Part shown: positions 1 to 8,381 of the stretch, in pieces
How positions within the stretch are numbered: the first letter of the stretch is position 1
Layout: every line of letters starts with the position of its first letter
Assembly: GCA_964010765.1 (NCBI GenBank)
Contig: CAXGMD010000057.1
Coordinates: 1 to 22,508 of the forward strand
Reading direction: 5' to 3'
Source of the DNA: an uncultured bacterium
Lineage (GTDB): Bacteria; SAR324; NAC60-12
Length of the DNA stretch: 22,508 nucleotides
The notes under the pieces: model-generated
The model's input: only the letters and a program-made list of their open reading frames with translations
Told to the model about the DNA's origin: nothing
Databases searched by the model: none
Translations under genes and position numbers: made by a program

Positions 1-413
1 TCACTAAAATTCGTATTTGTCAGGTTGGCGTCCTGCAAATTGGCCCCTTCCAAGTTGGCTTCATTGAGCAAAGCACCGGAAAGATTTGCGCCCTTCAGGT
101 TAGCACCTCGTAGATTTGCCTCATGATAAATCCAATCGGCGCAGAGTTCATCATCCATCATGTATTCATGGCGGAAGATACCGACCCGCAGATTCACCTC
201 TGACAAATTCGCCCCACTTAGATTGGCGTTGCGCAAGTTAGCACCACTGAGGTTGGCATTTCGCAGATCTACCCCACTTAGGTTGGCCCCACTTAGATTG
301 GTAGCCAATAAATTTACACCACGCAAATCCATTCCTCGCAGATCCGCATCCTGCAAATCCCCCATAGCACAACTGCCCGTCACCTTAAGTTTTTTCAAGT
401 CATCTGGATTCAT
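1..413 (-). CDS. Pentapeptide-repeat protein (3' end runs off the window)
   Basis: Manual translation of the minus strand from ATG at 413 (GAGG upstream): MNPDDLKKLKVTGSCAMGDLQDADLRGMDLRGVNLLATNLSGANLSG...ANLEGANLQDANLTNTNFS, with A(D/N)Lxx repeats and no stop before base 1. Absent from the ORF track because it is open-ended. Confidence 0.9.
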   Translation of the reverse strand, partial: MNPDDLKKLKVTGSCAMGDLQDADLRGMDLRGVNLLATNLSGANLSGVDLRNANLSGANLRNANLSGANLSEVNLRVGIFRHEYMMDDELCADWIYHEANLRGANLKGANLSGALLNEANLEGANLQDANLTNTNFS

Positions 414-663
414 TCCTGCCTCTGAAAGCTGATTAGTAAAGGAGTGTATAGGCAAAAAAATGACTGGATTTCCCAGCAGCTTTTTTGAACCGACGATCCT
501 ATTGAATGCTTTGAGTATAGGCGATTAGAAGGGAAAATCAGAGGGGATGCAGGGGAGTGTACTACAGAAAAATGTGTTGAAAGTGACGTGTGGTCTGAGG
601 AGAGATTTTGACGTGCTGGTTATCTAACAATCTATCTCTTTTTGAAAATCTTTGATCTTCCGC

Positions 664-1239
664 TTATTCCTTGTAGAAGCCAATGGCATCTTCACCAAGC
701 TGCACACCCAGGCCATTGAGAGTTCGATTGGAGTAACAAAAGTAGGCACAGACTTGGTTGACTTCCAGAATTTCTCCGTCAGAAGCTCCTGCTTCACGGG
801 CATCCAACAGATCTTGCTCACAGATTTTGCCAGGGATGAGAGTCAATTTACCAGTGTAACGGATCAACGCTAGCTCTTTGCCAGTGAAAGCCCTCTCTGG
901 CATTTGGTCACGCAGTGCTTCTTCAATTATTTTGGAACGCTGAGCATCCTCCAATAAACGCTGCATGTTGGCAAAGTGGTGAGTGTAGCTATAGACACAT
1001 TCGTTGAGCAAGCTGGTGTATACACCAACAGCCTCCAGAAACCAGAGGGGCAAACTATTTTCAGGATGGTGCAGAACACTTCGATATAGTTTGAGGTGTC
1101 CTACCATGGTGTGGGGACGCAGACTGTGAGCCCGCATTACGTTATCGACAGTTCCACTGGGGGTCTTCGCAAGCTCGTAGGCCTCCTTAACAGACCCAGT
1201 CGCTTCTTCCAGAGGAACCATGTGAATCCATGCACTCAT
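664..1239 (-). CDS. AhpD/carboxymuconolactone-decarboxylase-like (peroxidase-related) protein
   Basis: N-terminal AWI..V..EEA, VDNVMRAHSLRP, core NECVYSYTHH, C-terminal EILEVNQVCAYFCYSNRTLNGLG typical of the AhpD-like family; last gene of the operon, 9 nt after the HD gene. Confidence 0.8.
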   Translation of the reverse strand: MSAWIHMVPLEEATGSVKEAYELAKTPSGTVDNVMRAHSLRPHTMVGHLKLYRSVLHHPENSLPLWFLEAVGVYTSLLNECVYSYTHHFANMQRLLEDAQRSKIIEEALRDQMPERAFTGKELALIRYTGKLTLIPGKICEQDLLDAREAGASDGEILEVNQVCAYFCYSNRTLNGLGVQLGEDAIGFYKE

Positions 1240-1248
1240 TGAAATCCC

Positions 1249-1935
1249 TCAGTAGTGAACCTTTACACCCTTAGAAGGGCGAGTGAAGACCCGGTAGACC
1301 ATTGACTCAAAGAGATCTAAGGGAGCAGTTTCATATTGAGTTTGGATGGCCGTCTGATCATAACGGGCGACCCATTCTGCAGTATACTCAAAATAGGGAT
1401 GCCCTCGATAACTCTCACGCGCATTAGCATCCAGCTGCAAATTTCCACTGGCATGATGGTCAAGGAACAAGGCATGGTGCCTAAGCATCCAAAGATTCTT
1501 TTCGGAAATGTAATTGGCAAGTAACGTGGCTGAGAATTCACCATGGTTGTCAGGACAGACGATGAAGCCCAAATCATGGAACAACCCACAGACAATTGTT
1601 TCTTCGTCTGCTCCATCCTGATACAGCATCGTTGCACACTGCAGGCAGTGGCGGTAATTGTTTACACGAAATCCGTAACTTGGTGAGTCTTTGGATGCAG
1701 CAAGCATATCCAAAGCCTGTCTTGCCTGCTGTTCTTGGTTGTAACGAGCTCGGTATGCATTCAGATCATTCCATTCCCCAGGGGTCAACTCTTCCATGGC
1801 AGTTCGGCTCTCTGGCAAATGCTCGTAAGCTGGCAAAACTGGAGAAGGTTGATGCAGGAGTCCGTCTGATTGTGGGAAACTCAAATCCTCAGGAGTATTT
1901 GGAGAATCTAGAAACTCATCGAAATTCGGTTGCAT
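1249..1935 (-). CDS. HD-domain metalloprotein, PhnZ/MIOX-like diiron ligand set
   Basis: RHCLQCA...DEETIVCGLFHDLG...DNHGE...LRHH...RYDQ gives the H, HD, H, H, D spacing of HD-domain dimetal enzymes. Confidence 0.8.
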   Translation of the reverse strand: MQPNFDEFLDSPNTPEDLSFPQSDGLLHQPSPVLPAYEHLPESRTAMEELTPGEWNDLNAYRARYNQEQQARQALDMLAASKDSPSYGFRVNNYRHCLQCATMLYQDGADEETIVCGLFHDLGFIVCPDNHGEFSATLLANYISEKNLWMLRHHALFLDHHASGNLQLDANARESYRGHPYFEYTAEWVARYDQTAIQTQYETAPLDLFESMVYRVFTRPSKGVKVHY

Positions 1936-1971
1936 AGTCTCAGAAGCGAAATCGAATTACACAGAATTAAC

Positions 1972-2724
1972 TCAGTGTGAAAGGATCTGGCTCAGAAACA
2001 GCTTGGTCCTCTCGTGCTCTGGCTCTGAAAAGAACTGTGCTGGTGGTAACCGCTCAATAATGCGACCTTCGTCCATAAACACCATTTGGTGCGCCACCGT
2101 GCGGGCAAAACCCATTTCATGAGTGACACAGATCATCGTCATGCCACTCTCAGCAAGGTCGATCATCACATCGAGTACCTCCTTGATCATCTCTGGATCA
2201 AGAGCAGAGGTAGGCTCGTCAAAAAGCATAATCCGCGGCTGCATGCAGAGAGATCGAGCAATCGCTACCCGTTGTTGTTGCCCTCCAGAGAGTGACCCCG
2301 GATATTTAGCAGCTTGCTCTGGAATTCGAACCCGCTGCAGATATTCCATCGCTAAGGCCTCAGCATCTTTTCTACTGAGTCCACGGACTTTCATGGGGCC
2401 TAGCGAGCAGTTCTCCAGCACCGTTAGGTGTGGAAAGAGATTGAACTGCTGGAAGACCATCCCTACTTCGCTACGAACCTTGTTGATATGCTGAGTATCC
2501 TGATCCAGTTCAATACCATCAACAACGATCCGTCCTTCTTGGTGCTCCTCCAACCGATTGATGCAACGAATCAGTGTGGACTTGCCAGACCCAGAAGGTC
2601 CGCAGACAACAACTCGCTCCCCAGAGAAAACTTGCAGACTCACATCTTTGAGTACCTGAAAGTCACCAAACCATTTACTGACCCCAGACATTTCAATGAT
2701 TGGATTTGGAGTATTCTCATTCAT
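1972..2724 (-). CDS. Polar amino-acid ABC transporter ATP-binding protein (GlnQ/AapP-like)
   Basis: Walker A GPSGSGKS, signature LSGGQQQRVAIAR, Walker B/D-loop MLFDEPTSALDPE, VTHEMGFA. Confidence 0.97.
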   Translation of the reverse strand: MNENTPNPIIEMSGVSKWFGDFQVLKDVSLQVFSGERVVVCGPSGSGKSTLIRCINRLEEHQEGRIVVDGIELDQDTQHINKVRSEVGMVFQQFNLFPHLTVLENCSLGPMKVRGLSRKDAEALAMEYLQRVRIPEQAAKYPGSLSGGQQQRVAIARSLCMQPRIMLFDEPTSALDPEMIKEVLDVMIDLAESGMTMICVTHEMGFARTVAHQMVFMDEGRIIERLPPAQFFSEPEHERTKLFLSQILSH

Positions 2725-2744
2725 GACGAGGCAAACCCTTAGTT

Positions 2745-3635
2745 CTAAATACGTGATGAGTCAAGTCGCATTTCAAGCCGACGAAAGATTAGCGCGCAGG
2801 AGTAGCACAAAACAAAATAAACCCCAGCTACAAAAACCCAGACCTCAAAGACACGCTGTGTGGAGTTGGCCACTTCCAGTGTCAAAAAAGTCAGCTCTTG
2901 GATGGAGATCAATGAGACAATCGAAGAATCCTTGATCAGGATAATGAATTGACCTGCTAAGGGAGGAATTACCCGTTGAACGGCCTGGGGCAAAATAACA
3001 TAGCGCATCTGTTGCCAGCGACTCAGGCCAATACTCATCGCGGCTTCTCGTTGACCAACTGAGACAGATTGAATTCCAGAGCGCACAATCTCTGTGATAT
3101 AGGCCGCTTCAAAGAGGGCGAGGCAGAAGATTCCTGAAAAAGTGTTTGAGAGCAAAGAAACTGGACCGAAGAGAAACTCCACCACACTTTGACCAGTAGG
3201 ACCCAGGCGTTGATCAAGGGTATCTAAGCCGAGTAGTGGGATGATCTGGCTGCTGATGAAGAAGTAAAAAACGAAGATGAAAACAATGGGAGGAATATTC
3301 CGAATCAACTCAACGTAGAGCCGACTGAAGGCCTGGGGAAAAAGCCGACGGCTGGTTCGCATCATGCCAGTGACGAAACCGATTAGTGTCGCCAGGATGA
3401 TACTCCAGAAGGCCAACCGAAGTGTCGTCAGCAGGCCCTTGACCAATAAATTTGGCAGCAGTGATTGGGTTTCTTCGTCCCAGCGGAACAAGTAACCGGG
3501 TAGGAAGCCCCATTCCCATTGGTAGACCAACACGGTGTTGACCCGGTAGCCGATGAAACCAAAAAACCCAATAATTCCCAACAGAACGACTGAGTCCACC
3601 CAAGACCAGCGATAGCGCGAGGTAGATCGAGACAT
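2745..3635 (-). CDS. Polar amino-acid ABC transporter permease (HisM/HisQ family)
   Basis: YVELIRNIPP, AYITEIVRSGIQSV..GQREAA.SIGLS (EAA motif), IKDSSIVSLI; multiple hydrophobic helices. Confidence 0.95.
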   Translation of the reverse strand: MSRSTSRYRWSWVDSVVLLGIIGFFGFIGYRVNTVLVYQWEWGFLPGYLFRWDEETQSLLPNLLVKGLLTTLRLAFWSIILATLIGFVTGMMRTSRRLFPQAFSRLYVELIRNIPPIVFIFVFYFFISSQIIPLLGLDTLDQRLGPTGQSVVEFLFGPVSLLSNTFSGIFCLALFEAAYITEIVRSGIQSVSVGQREAAMSIGLSRWQQMRYVILPQAVQRVIPPLAGQFIILIKDSSIVSLISIQELTFLTLEVANSTQRVFEVWVFVAGVYFVLCYSCALIFRRLEMRLDSSRI

Positions 3636-3648
3636 GCGATCAAATACA

Positions 3649-3687
3649 CTGGCGGGAGAAGCTTTCTATAGGATCTTCCCCCACCAG
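3649..3687 (-). terminator. Stem-loop just downstream of the substrate-binding-protein gene (mRNA stabiliser or partial terminator)
   Basis: Minus strand CUGGUGGGGGAAG...CUUCUCCCGCCAG pairs over 13 bp; the two imperfect positions are G-U wobbles only on the transcribed strand; no U tract. Confidence 0.65.
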
Positions 3688-3698
3688 AGTTCAATAAA

Positions 3699-4541
3699 TT
3701 ACTGTTGATCGACTTGATCTGCCCAGTCCATCGTCTTGAACCAGTAGTGATGGCGCTTTTCGAGCCACCCGTTACTGGTGTTGACCATGATCCAGTTGGA
3801 GAAGAAGTTCATCGCATCGGGATCTCCCTTGCGAATACCAAATGCCTCGTCTCCACGGGACAGATTTTCTGTGGTCGGCATATAGAGTGCGTCAGGATAA
3901 CGATAAGTAAACTTTACTGGCTTTGGATGGCTGGAGAGCGTGGCGTGAGCGTTCCCGTTCACAACTTCCTGAAAGGCCATCGTATCGTCGTCAAACTGCC
4001 GAATCTTGGCTTTCGGCCATATTTTCTCAACTGCATCTGTACATGGCGTGACCCCACGTCGACAAACAAAGATCACATCAGAGCGATTGAACCCTTCTGG
4101 CCAAGCAAAATCACCAGCTAGTTTCTTACTGGCAGCAATCCCCATCCCAGAGTGAGCATAGGGAGCGGTGAAGTTGATGGTGAGATTACGCTGAGGAGTG
4201 ACACTCATTCCACCAATGATCACATCGAATTTTCCAGCAATTAGTGCGGGAATAATACCGGACCACTGCGTGGGTACAAACTCAATGTCAACGCCCATGT
4301 CTTCAGCAACCTTCTTGGCAACATCAATCTCAAAACCGATCAAATCACCCTGCTTGTTGCGCATCGCCCAAGGCACAAAGGTGGACATGCCAACCATTAA
4401 CTTGCCGCGCTTCTTGATCGTCTCGATAACGCTTTCAGAAGTCAGCTGTTGTTGAGTCTCTCCAGCCAAAGCACCTGTATATGCAGGTAGCATCAGCAAT
4501 AGGCCTAACAGAAGAGTTAGTGAAGTTTTCAAGACTTTCAT
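3699..4541 (-). CDS. Periplasmic substrate-binding protein, family 3 (polar amino acids)
   Basis: Signal peptide ending ALA; IGFEIDVAKKVA, WSGIIPALIAGKFDVIIGGMSVTPQRN; AGAGG Shine-Dalgarno before the ATG. Confidence 0.95.
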   Translation of the reverse strand: MKVLKTSLTLLLGLLLMLPAYTGALAGETQQQLTSESVIETIKKRGKLMVGMSTFVPWAMRNKQGDLIGFEIDVAKKVAEDMGVDIEFVPTQWSGIIPALIAGKFDVIIGGMSVTPQRNLTINFTAPYAHSGMGIAASKKLAGDFAWPEGFNRSDVIFVCRRGVTPCTDAVEKIWPKAKIRQFDDDTMAFQEVVNGNAHATLSSHPKPVKFTYRYPDALYMPTTENLSRGDEAFGIRKGDPDAMNFFSNWIMVNTSNGWLEKRHHYWFKTMDWADQVDQQ

Positions 4542-4694
4542 TCGTCCTCTTTTAAAAGAGTGGTTAAATCGTTGTCAGGCAATCTGTCAACGAATCTGGA
4601 GGTAGGCTACTCTCCCCAGGAAGCCCGCTACAAAAACGCTTTCGCAACGTACGAAAGCTCTCAGGAAGCTTGTTAAACCCCAAGCCGCCTGGGT
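4542..4694 (-). promoter_or_regulatory. Structured intergenic region with several inverted repeats, possible internal promoter/operator for the SBP gene
   Basis: Inverted repeats at 4662-4691, 4638-4658, 4570-4592 and 4547-4560; TTGACA on the minus strand at 4590-4585. Confidence 0.45.
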
Positions 4695-5510
4695 TCAGTG
4701 ACGACCACGAACTCTCCATTCGAGAATGCTCACCAACAGAGAGAGCACAATCGTGATTCCCAGATACATCGCAGCTACCGTTAGCCAGATCTCAAAGCTC
4801 ATGAAGGTATCTGCAATGATGTCCAGTCCCTGGGTCGTCAAATCAAAGACAGCAATCACACTGACGATGGCTGAATGTTTGATAAGGTTGATCAGCACTC
4901 CAGTTAATGGAGGCAACATCAATGGCACTGCTTGCGGCAGTACAATGTATCGATAGGTGTTCCAGCGGGATAATCCAACGCTGGTACTGGCCTCCCATTG
5001 TCCTCTTTGCACACTCAGGATACCCGCTCGGATGATTTCTGAAGCGAAGGTTCCCTCAAAAAAAGAGATGCAGAGAACTCCAACCCAAAATCTGGGAATC
5101 TCCAGAATCGGCGCAAAGACAAAGTAGAACACATACATTTGCACAAGTAACGGCGTGTTGCGAATCACCTCCAGATAGACTTGTGCAACCAGATTCCCAA
5201 TCCTGGATTGGGACATGCGCAACATGGCGGTCGTTAGTCCGATCAGCAAAGTAATGATGATTCCGTAGAGCCCAATCTCCAGGGTTACGAAGAGACCATC
5301 CATCAGAGGTCCCCAGATCAACTCGCCGTCAATGACCTTCCAAAAATACTTGGGCAGCCGATACCACTGCCAGTTGTATCCCATCTGGGCGGCACCATTG
5401 AGCGTGAGCCAGATCAAGGCACCGAAGAATAGTACTAACTGACTGACGTCAAACCAACGAGAATTCCACCATTTGACCGAACGGGAGGGCGGTTTACGAA
5501 GTTCGCTCAT
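4695..5510 (-). CDS. Polar amino-acid ABC transporter permease
   Basis: YLEVIRNTPLLVQ, SEIIRAGILSV.RGQWEAS..VGLS. Start reassigned to MSELRK at 5510, where ATGA (5507-5510) overlaps the stop of the upstream oxygenase. Confidence 0.93.
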   Translation of the reverse strand: MSELRKPPSRSVKWWNSRWFDVSQLVLFFGALIWLTLNGAAQMGYNWQWYRLPKYFWKVIDGELIWGPLMDGLFVTLEIGLYGIIITLLIGLTTAMLRMSQSRIGNLVAQVYLEVIRNTPLLVQMYVFYFVFAPILEIPRFWVGVLCISFFEGTFASEIIRAGILSVQRGQWEASTSVGLSRWNTYRYIVLPQAVPLMLPPLTGVLINLIKHSAIVSVIAVFDLTTQGLDIIADTFMSFEIWLTVAAMYLGITIVLSLLVSILEWRVRGRH

Positions 5511-6496
5511 GCTGACTCCGCTGCCTTTCTGTAGCTGAAGGACGCATCGAATCGCGACAACACATAATCTCCGCATTGTACAGGTTCATACTGTACCGAC
5601 TCTGATTCCGGAAAAACCTCTGCTGGATCAACCAGTGTTTCGAAGTTTGGATCCCAAGCAATCGCCATTGAGTAGCGCTCTACATTTTTTCGGTTGATCA
5701 CTCGATGCAGAGTTGACTGAAAGGCGTTGTTCGTCCAACGAGAAAGCAGATCTCCCACGTTGACCACCAGAGTATCTTCTAATGGATGAGCTGTGACCCA
5801 CTCTCCTTGCCTAGTCTGCACTTCCAAACCACCCACTGAATCCTGCCAGAGTAAAGTCAGACATCCGTAATCTGTGTGGGGTGCCACGCCAAACTGAGTT
5901 TCACCAAGGTCTGACGATTGAGGTGGATAGTAAATCACGGAACTACGGGCGATTGGTTGATTAGTCGCTTGCAGAAAAACTTCTTCTGGTAGATCAAGAC
6001 TCAGGGCAAAAGCCCGCATCATCTCTTTCCCACATTCTAGACCTGCTTCAAAAAAAGGATAAACAGATGCTCTGAATTCAGGCATTTGTGAAGGCCATTG
6101 GTTTCTGCCCAAAAAAGGATTTTCCTCCGTCAGATCGGGGTGTTCAGATGGTAGATCTAATCCCCAAACGAAGCTCTCTTTCAAATCTACTCTTGTGGCT
6201 TTTTCCATCTTAGCTTGGCCGACTGCTAGGAATCCATGGTGGTTATGGTTGATCTTCAGCTGGTTTTTCCAATCTTTCGGCTGTTGAAACAACTGTTTTG
6301 TCGCTGCATATGCCTGCTGGATCACCTGAGAAGGAATGCAATGATTGCGGATGTAAAAAAAGCCAATCCCCTCTGCCGCTTGGCGAAGTTGTCGAGCAAC
6401 CTCCTGCATCGCTTGACGGTTGCCAGAACGCAAGGGGTGTACGTCAATTACCGGGATTTCGTCAATTGTGATCGTTTTAGCTGCTGCGTAGCTCAT
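5507..6496 (-). CDS. 2-oxoglutarate/Fe(II)-dependent dioxygenase, isopenicillin-N-synthase-like family
   Basis: IPVID and GFFYI.NH (DIOX_N); HTD...H facial triad (APHTDYG, STLHRV); RYS 2OG-binding motif. Confidence 0.93.
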   Translation of the reverse strand: MSYAAAKTITIDEIPVIDVHPLRSGNRQAMQEVARQLRQAAEGIGFFYIRNHCIPSQVIQQAYAATKQLFQQPKDWKNQLKINHNHHGFLAVGQAKMEKATRVDLKESFVWGLDLPSEHPDLTEENPFLGRNQWPSQMPEFRASVYPFFEAGLECGKEMMRAFALSLDLPEEVFLQATNQPIARSSVIYYPPQSSDLGETQFGVAPHTDYGCLTLLWQDSVGGLEVQTRQGEWVTAHPLEDTLVVNVGDLLSRWTNNAFQSTLHRVINRKNVERYSMAIAWDPNFETLVDPAEVFPESESVQYEPVQCGDYVLSRFDASFSYRKAAESA

Positions 6497-6515
6497 AGAG
6501 ACGTAGAGATTGGTT

Positions 6516-7481
6516 TTAAATTACAGGAGAGTGATCTTGTCGATACAGTTGCTGGATTAATTTTCGATGGCTGAACAAGTATCCCTGATCAACATTTTCC
6601 AAATGTGATTTTAGATGTTGATGCAGAGCTGGCAGTGCGTGAAATGGAATGTTGGGAAACGCGTGATGTTCCGCGTGAAAGGTCATGTTCCAAGCGAGCC
6701 AGCGTATCGGATGCAGAGTCAATGTTGTCCGAGTATTCCGTAACAGATCAGCAATCCAAGGACAGCCTCCATGCTCTGAAATCCGCATCAAGCGCATCAC
6801 AGGCTCTGCAAGAATTCTCGGTAAAAGCCAGTACCAGAACAGTAGAGCGCTGCCTGAAAGCAAGCTTCCACCCAGCAGCAAGAGATAGAACAGTAGCATC
6901 CCTTGTGCTTCGCGCTGAACTTTCTCGCGAAGACGCTCTGGAATGAAAGACTGTTCCAGCTCAGAAAATTGACCTTGTGGATGACGTACTAGATTTTTTA
7001 ACACTCCCTTGAAGTAGGGGATTGCCGTGAGGTAGTACCAATATCCCCAGAAGGTCCGCGCTTGTGGGATGCTTTCCGGATCTTTTTCAGGATGCTGGGT
7101 ATAGGTGTGATGAGCTGCATGCTCCAGCTTGAAGTACAGCGGAGGGATCATAATCACCAGTCCTGTAAACCAAGCCACTACCTGATTCAGCCAACGAGTC
7201 AAAAACGCACTTTGATGAGTTGCCTCATGGAAGGGAGCGAAAAGGTGAACCAGAACAACGCCATGGAGCACCAATCCAAAAATCAGCCACGGGGTTTCCA
7301 TCGTTAGTTGAAGAACGTACCCCGTCAGGACAAGCAATCCCAGGTGCACAATTAAAAAAAGCAACCCCTGATTATCCTGTCGCTTCTGGAGTGGTTTGAG
7401 AATTTCGAGGCTAATCAACTGGCTTGGACGACGTTGAGAATTCCCAAGGCTCCATTCGTTGATCGGATTAGTTTCCGACAT
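6516..7481 (-). CDS. Membrane fatty-acid-desaturase-superfamily diiron enzyme, rhizopine-oxygenase (MocD)-like
   Basis: His boxes HEATH, HAAHH, HAEHH; also SEH and KDPE; several TM helices. MocD-like subfamily assignment is from motif recall (HE..H..AF.TRWLN, NTRTT, WNM.FH.EHH). Confidence 0.8.
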   Translation of the reverse strand: MSETNPINEWSLGNSQRRPSQLISLEILKPLQKRQDNQGLLFLIVHLGLLVLTGYVLQLTMETPWLIFGLVLHGVVLVHLFAPFHEATHQSAFLTRWLNQVVAWFTGLVIMIPPLYFKLEHAAHHTYTQHPEKDPESIPQARTFWGYWYYLTAIPYFKGVLKNLVRHPQGQFSELEQSFIPERLREKVQREAQGMLLFYLLLLGGSLLSGSALLFWYWLLPRILAEPVMRLMRISEHGGCPWIADLLRNTRTTLTLHPIRWLAWNMTFHAEHHAFPNIPFHALPALHQHLKSHLENVDQGYLFSHRKLIQQLYRQDHSPVI

Positions 7482-7836
7482 AAATATTGAGAATGAGGCA
7501 GAAATTGTAGAGAGATTATTTTGGGTGAGTGTAGTCTGATCGTTTTTCAGAGAACAAGATAAATTCTGAAACTCTACGGAAGGTAGACGGGATCAAATAA
7601 GGAAAAATCATCGTGTTTCCTACCGCATAGATGTTTCAAATTTCTAAAGGAGAAAGTGATTCTTATTATTTCTGGAGACCCTATATCCCTTAAAGATTGA
7701 AGAAAAACATCTTGGTCGCTATCATTTTTGTGAAAACTGTTCCGTACTCTAACGCAGCAGAACTGGTACATCGCAGGAAGTCATAGATTTTGGCCTTCGA
7801 TGACCCAAACCTAGTCACCTCAACGCAAGGAGCGTC

Positions 7837-8040
7837 ATGGCAGAATCGAAACACACACAATCATGGGCAGAACTGGCAATTGATCTATACGACAAGTTGA
7901 CCGGTCGCAACGCAGAGATCACCTATGAGTTTGAGAATATGGAAGTCTGGGCTCCTAGCGGAGTGGGCAAAGATGCAGAGCATGGACACTGGAAAATCAA
8001 TGGAACCCTGAAAATCCGTACCCGTGATGTGAAGCAATGA
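7837..8040 (+). CDS. Small hypothetical protein (67 aa)
   Basis: AAGGAG RBS 4 nt before ATG; WAELAIDLYDKLTGRNAEITYEF looks like a conserved small-protein family; ATGA overlap with next gene. Confidence 0.8.
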   Translation: MAESKHTQSWAELAIDLYDKLTGRNAEITYEFENMEVWAPSGVGKDAEHGHWKINGTLKIRTRDVKQ

Positions 8041-8369
8041 GTCATCTGGAGTTTGAAGGCCGGATCGAAATCGTGGAAAGTGAACAGGATCAGTTGATTC
8101 TTGTCGGCGAAGGGTCTGGGATTCATCTCCAGTTCACAAGGTTGGCTACTCTTCGTAAACTTCAGCCTTCCTGGAAGTTCCTGATGCAACACCGTCAGGC
8201 AATGGCGCTTAACTTGGACATACTTAGACTACCAATTCGGGTCTCGATTGCTCAGCAAGAAATTGCTTCTCTATCTCCAGAGGAACAACCAAATTGGCTG
8301 GCTCGACTGATTGGACTACCTTATGGGAAGATTCGCTGGCAGGGACTAGTCAAATCACTCCTTGGTTGA
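8037..8369 (+). CDS. Hypothetical protein (110 aa)
   Basis: ATGA overlap at 8037-8040 with upstream gene; followed by a hairpin. Confidence 0.7.
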   Translation: MSHLEFEGRIEIVESEQDQLILVGEGSGIHLQFTRLATLRKLQPSWKFLMQHRQAMALNLDILRLPIRVSIAQQEIASLSPEEQPNWLARLIGLPYGKIRWQGLVKSLLG

Positions 8370-8381
8370 AGAATACTATCG

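Noticed and set aside
160..432. Plus-strand 90-aa ORF with repetitive LRLA/APLR pattern
   Set aside because: Antisense shadow of the pentapeptide gene on the minus strand; the same applies to 20141-20512.
5511..5576. N-terminal extension of the permease in the ORF track
   Set aside because: Lies inside the oxygenase gene; the ATGA overlap at 5507-5510 is the better start.
7574..7771. 65-aa ORF in the AT-rich spacer upstream of the oxygenase operon
   Set aside because: No RBS or motif; the region is better explained as a divergent promoter region.
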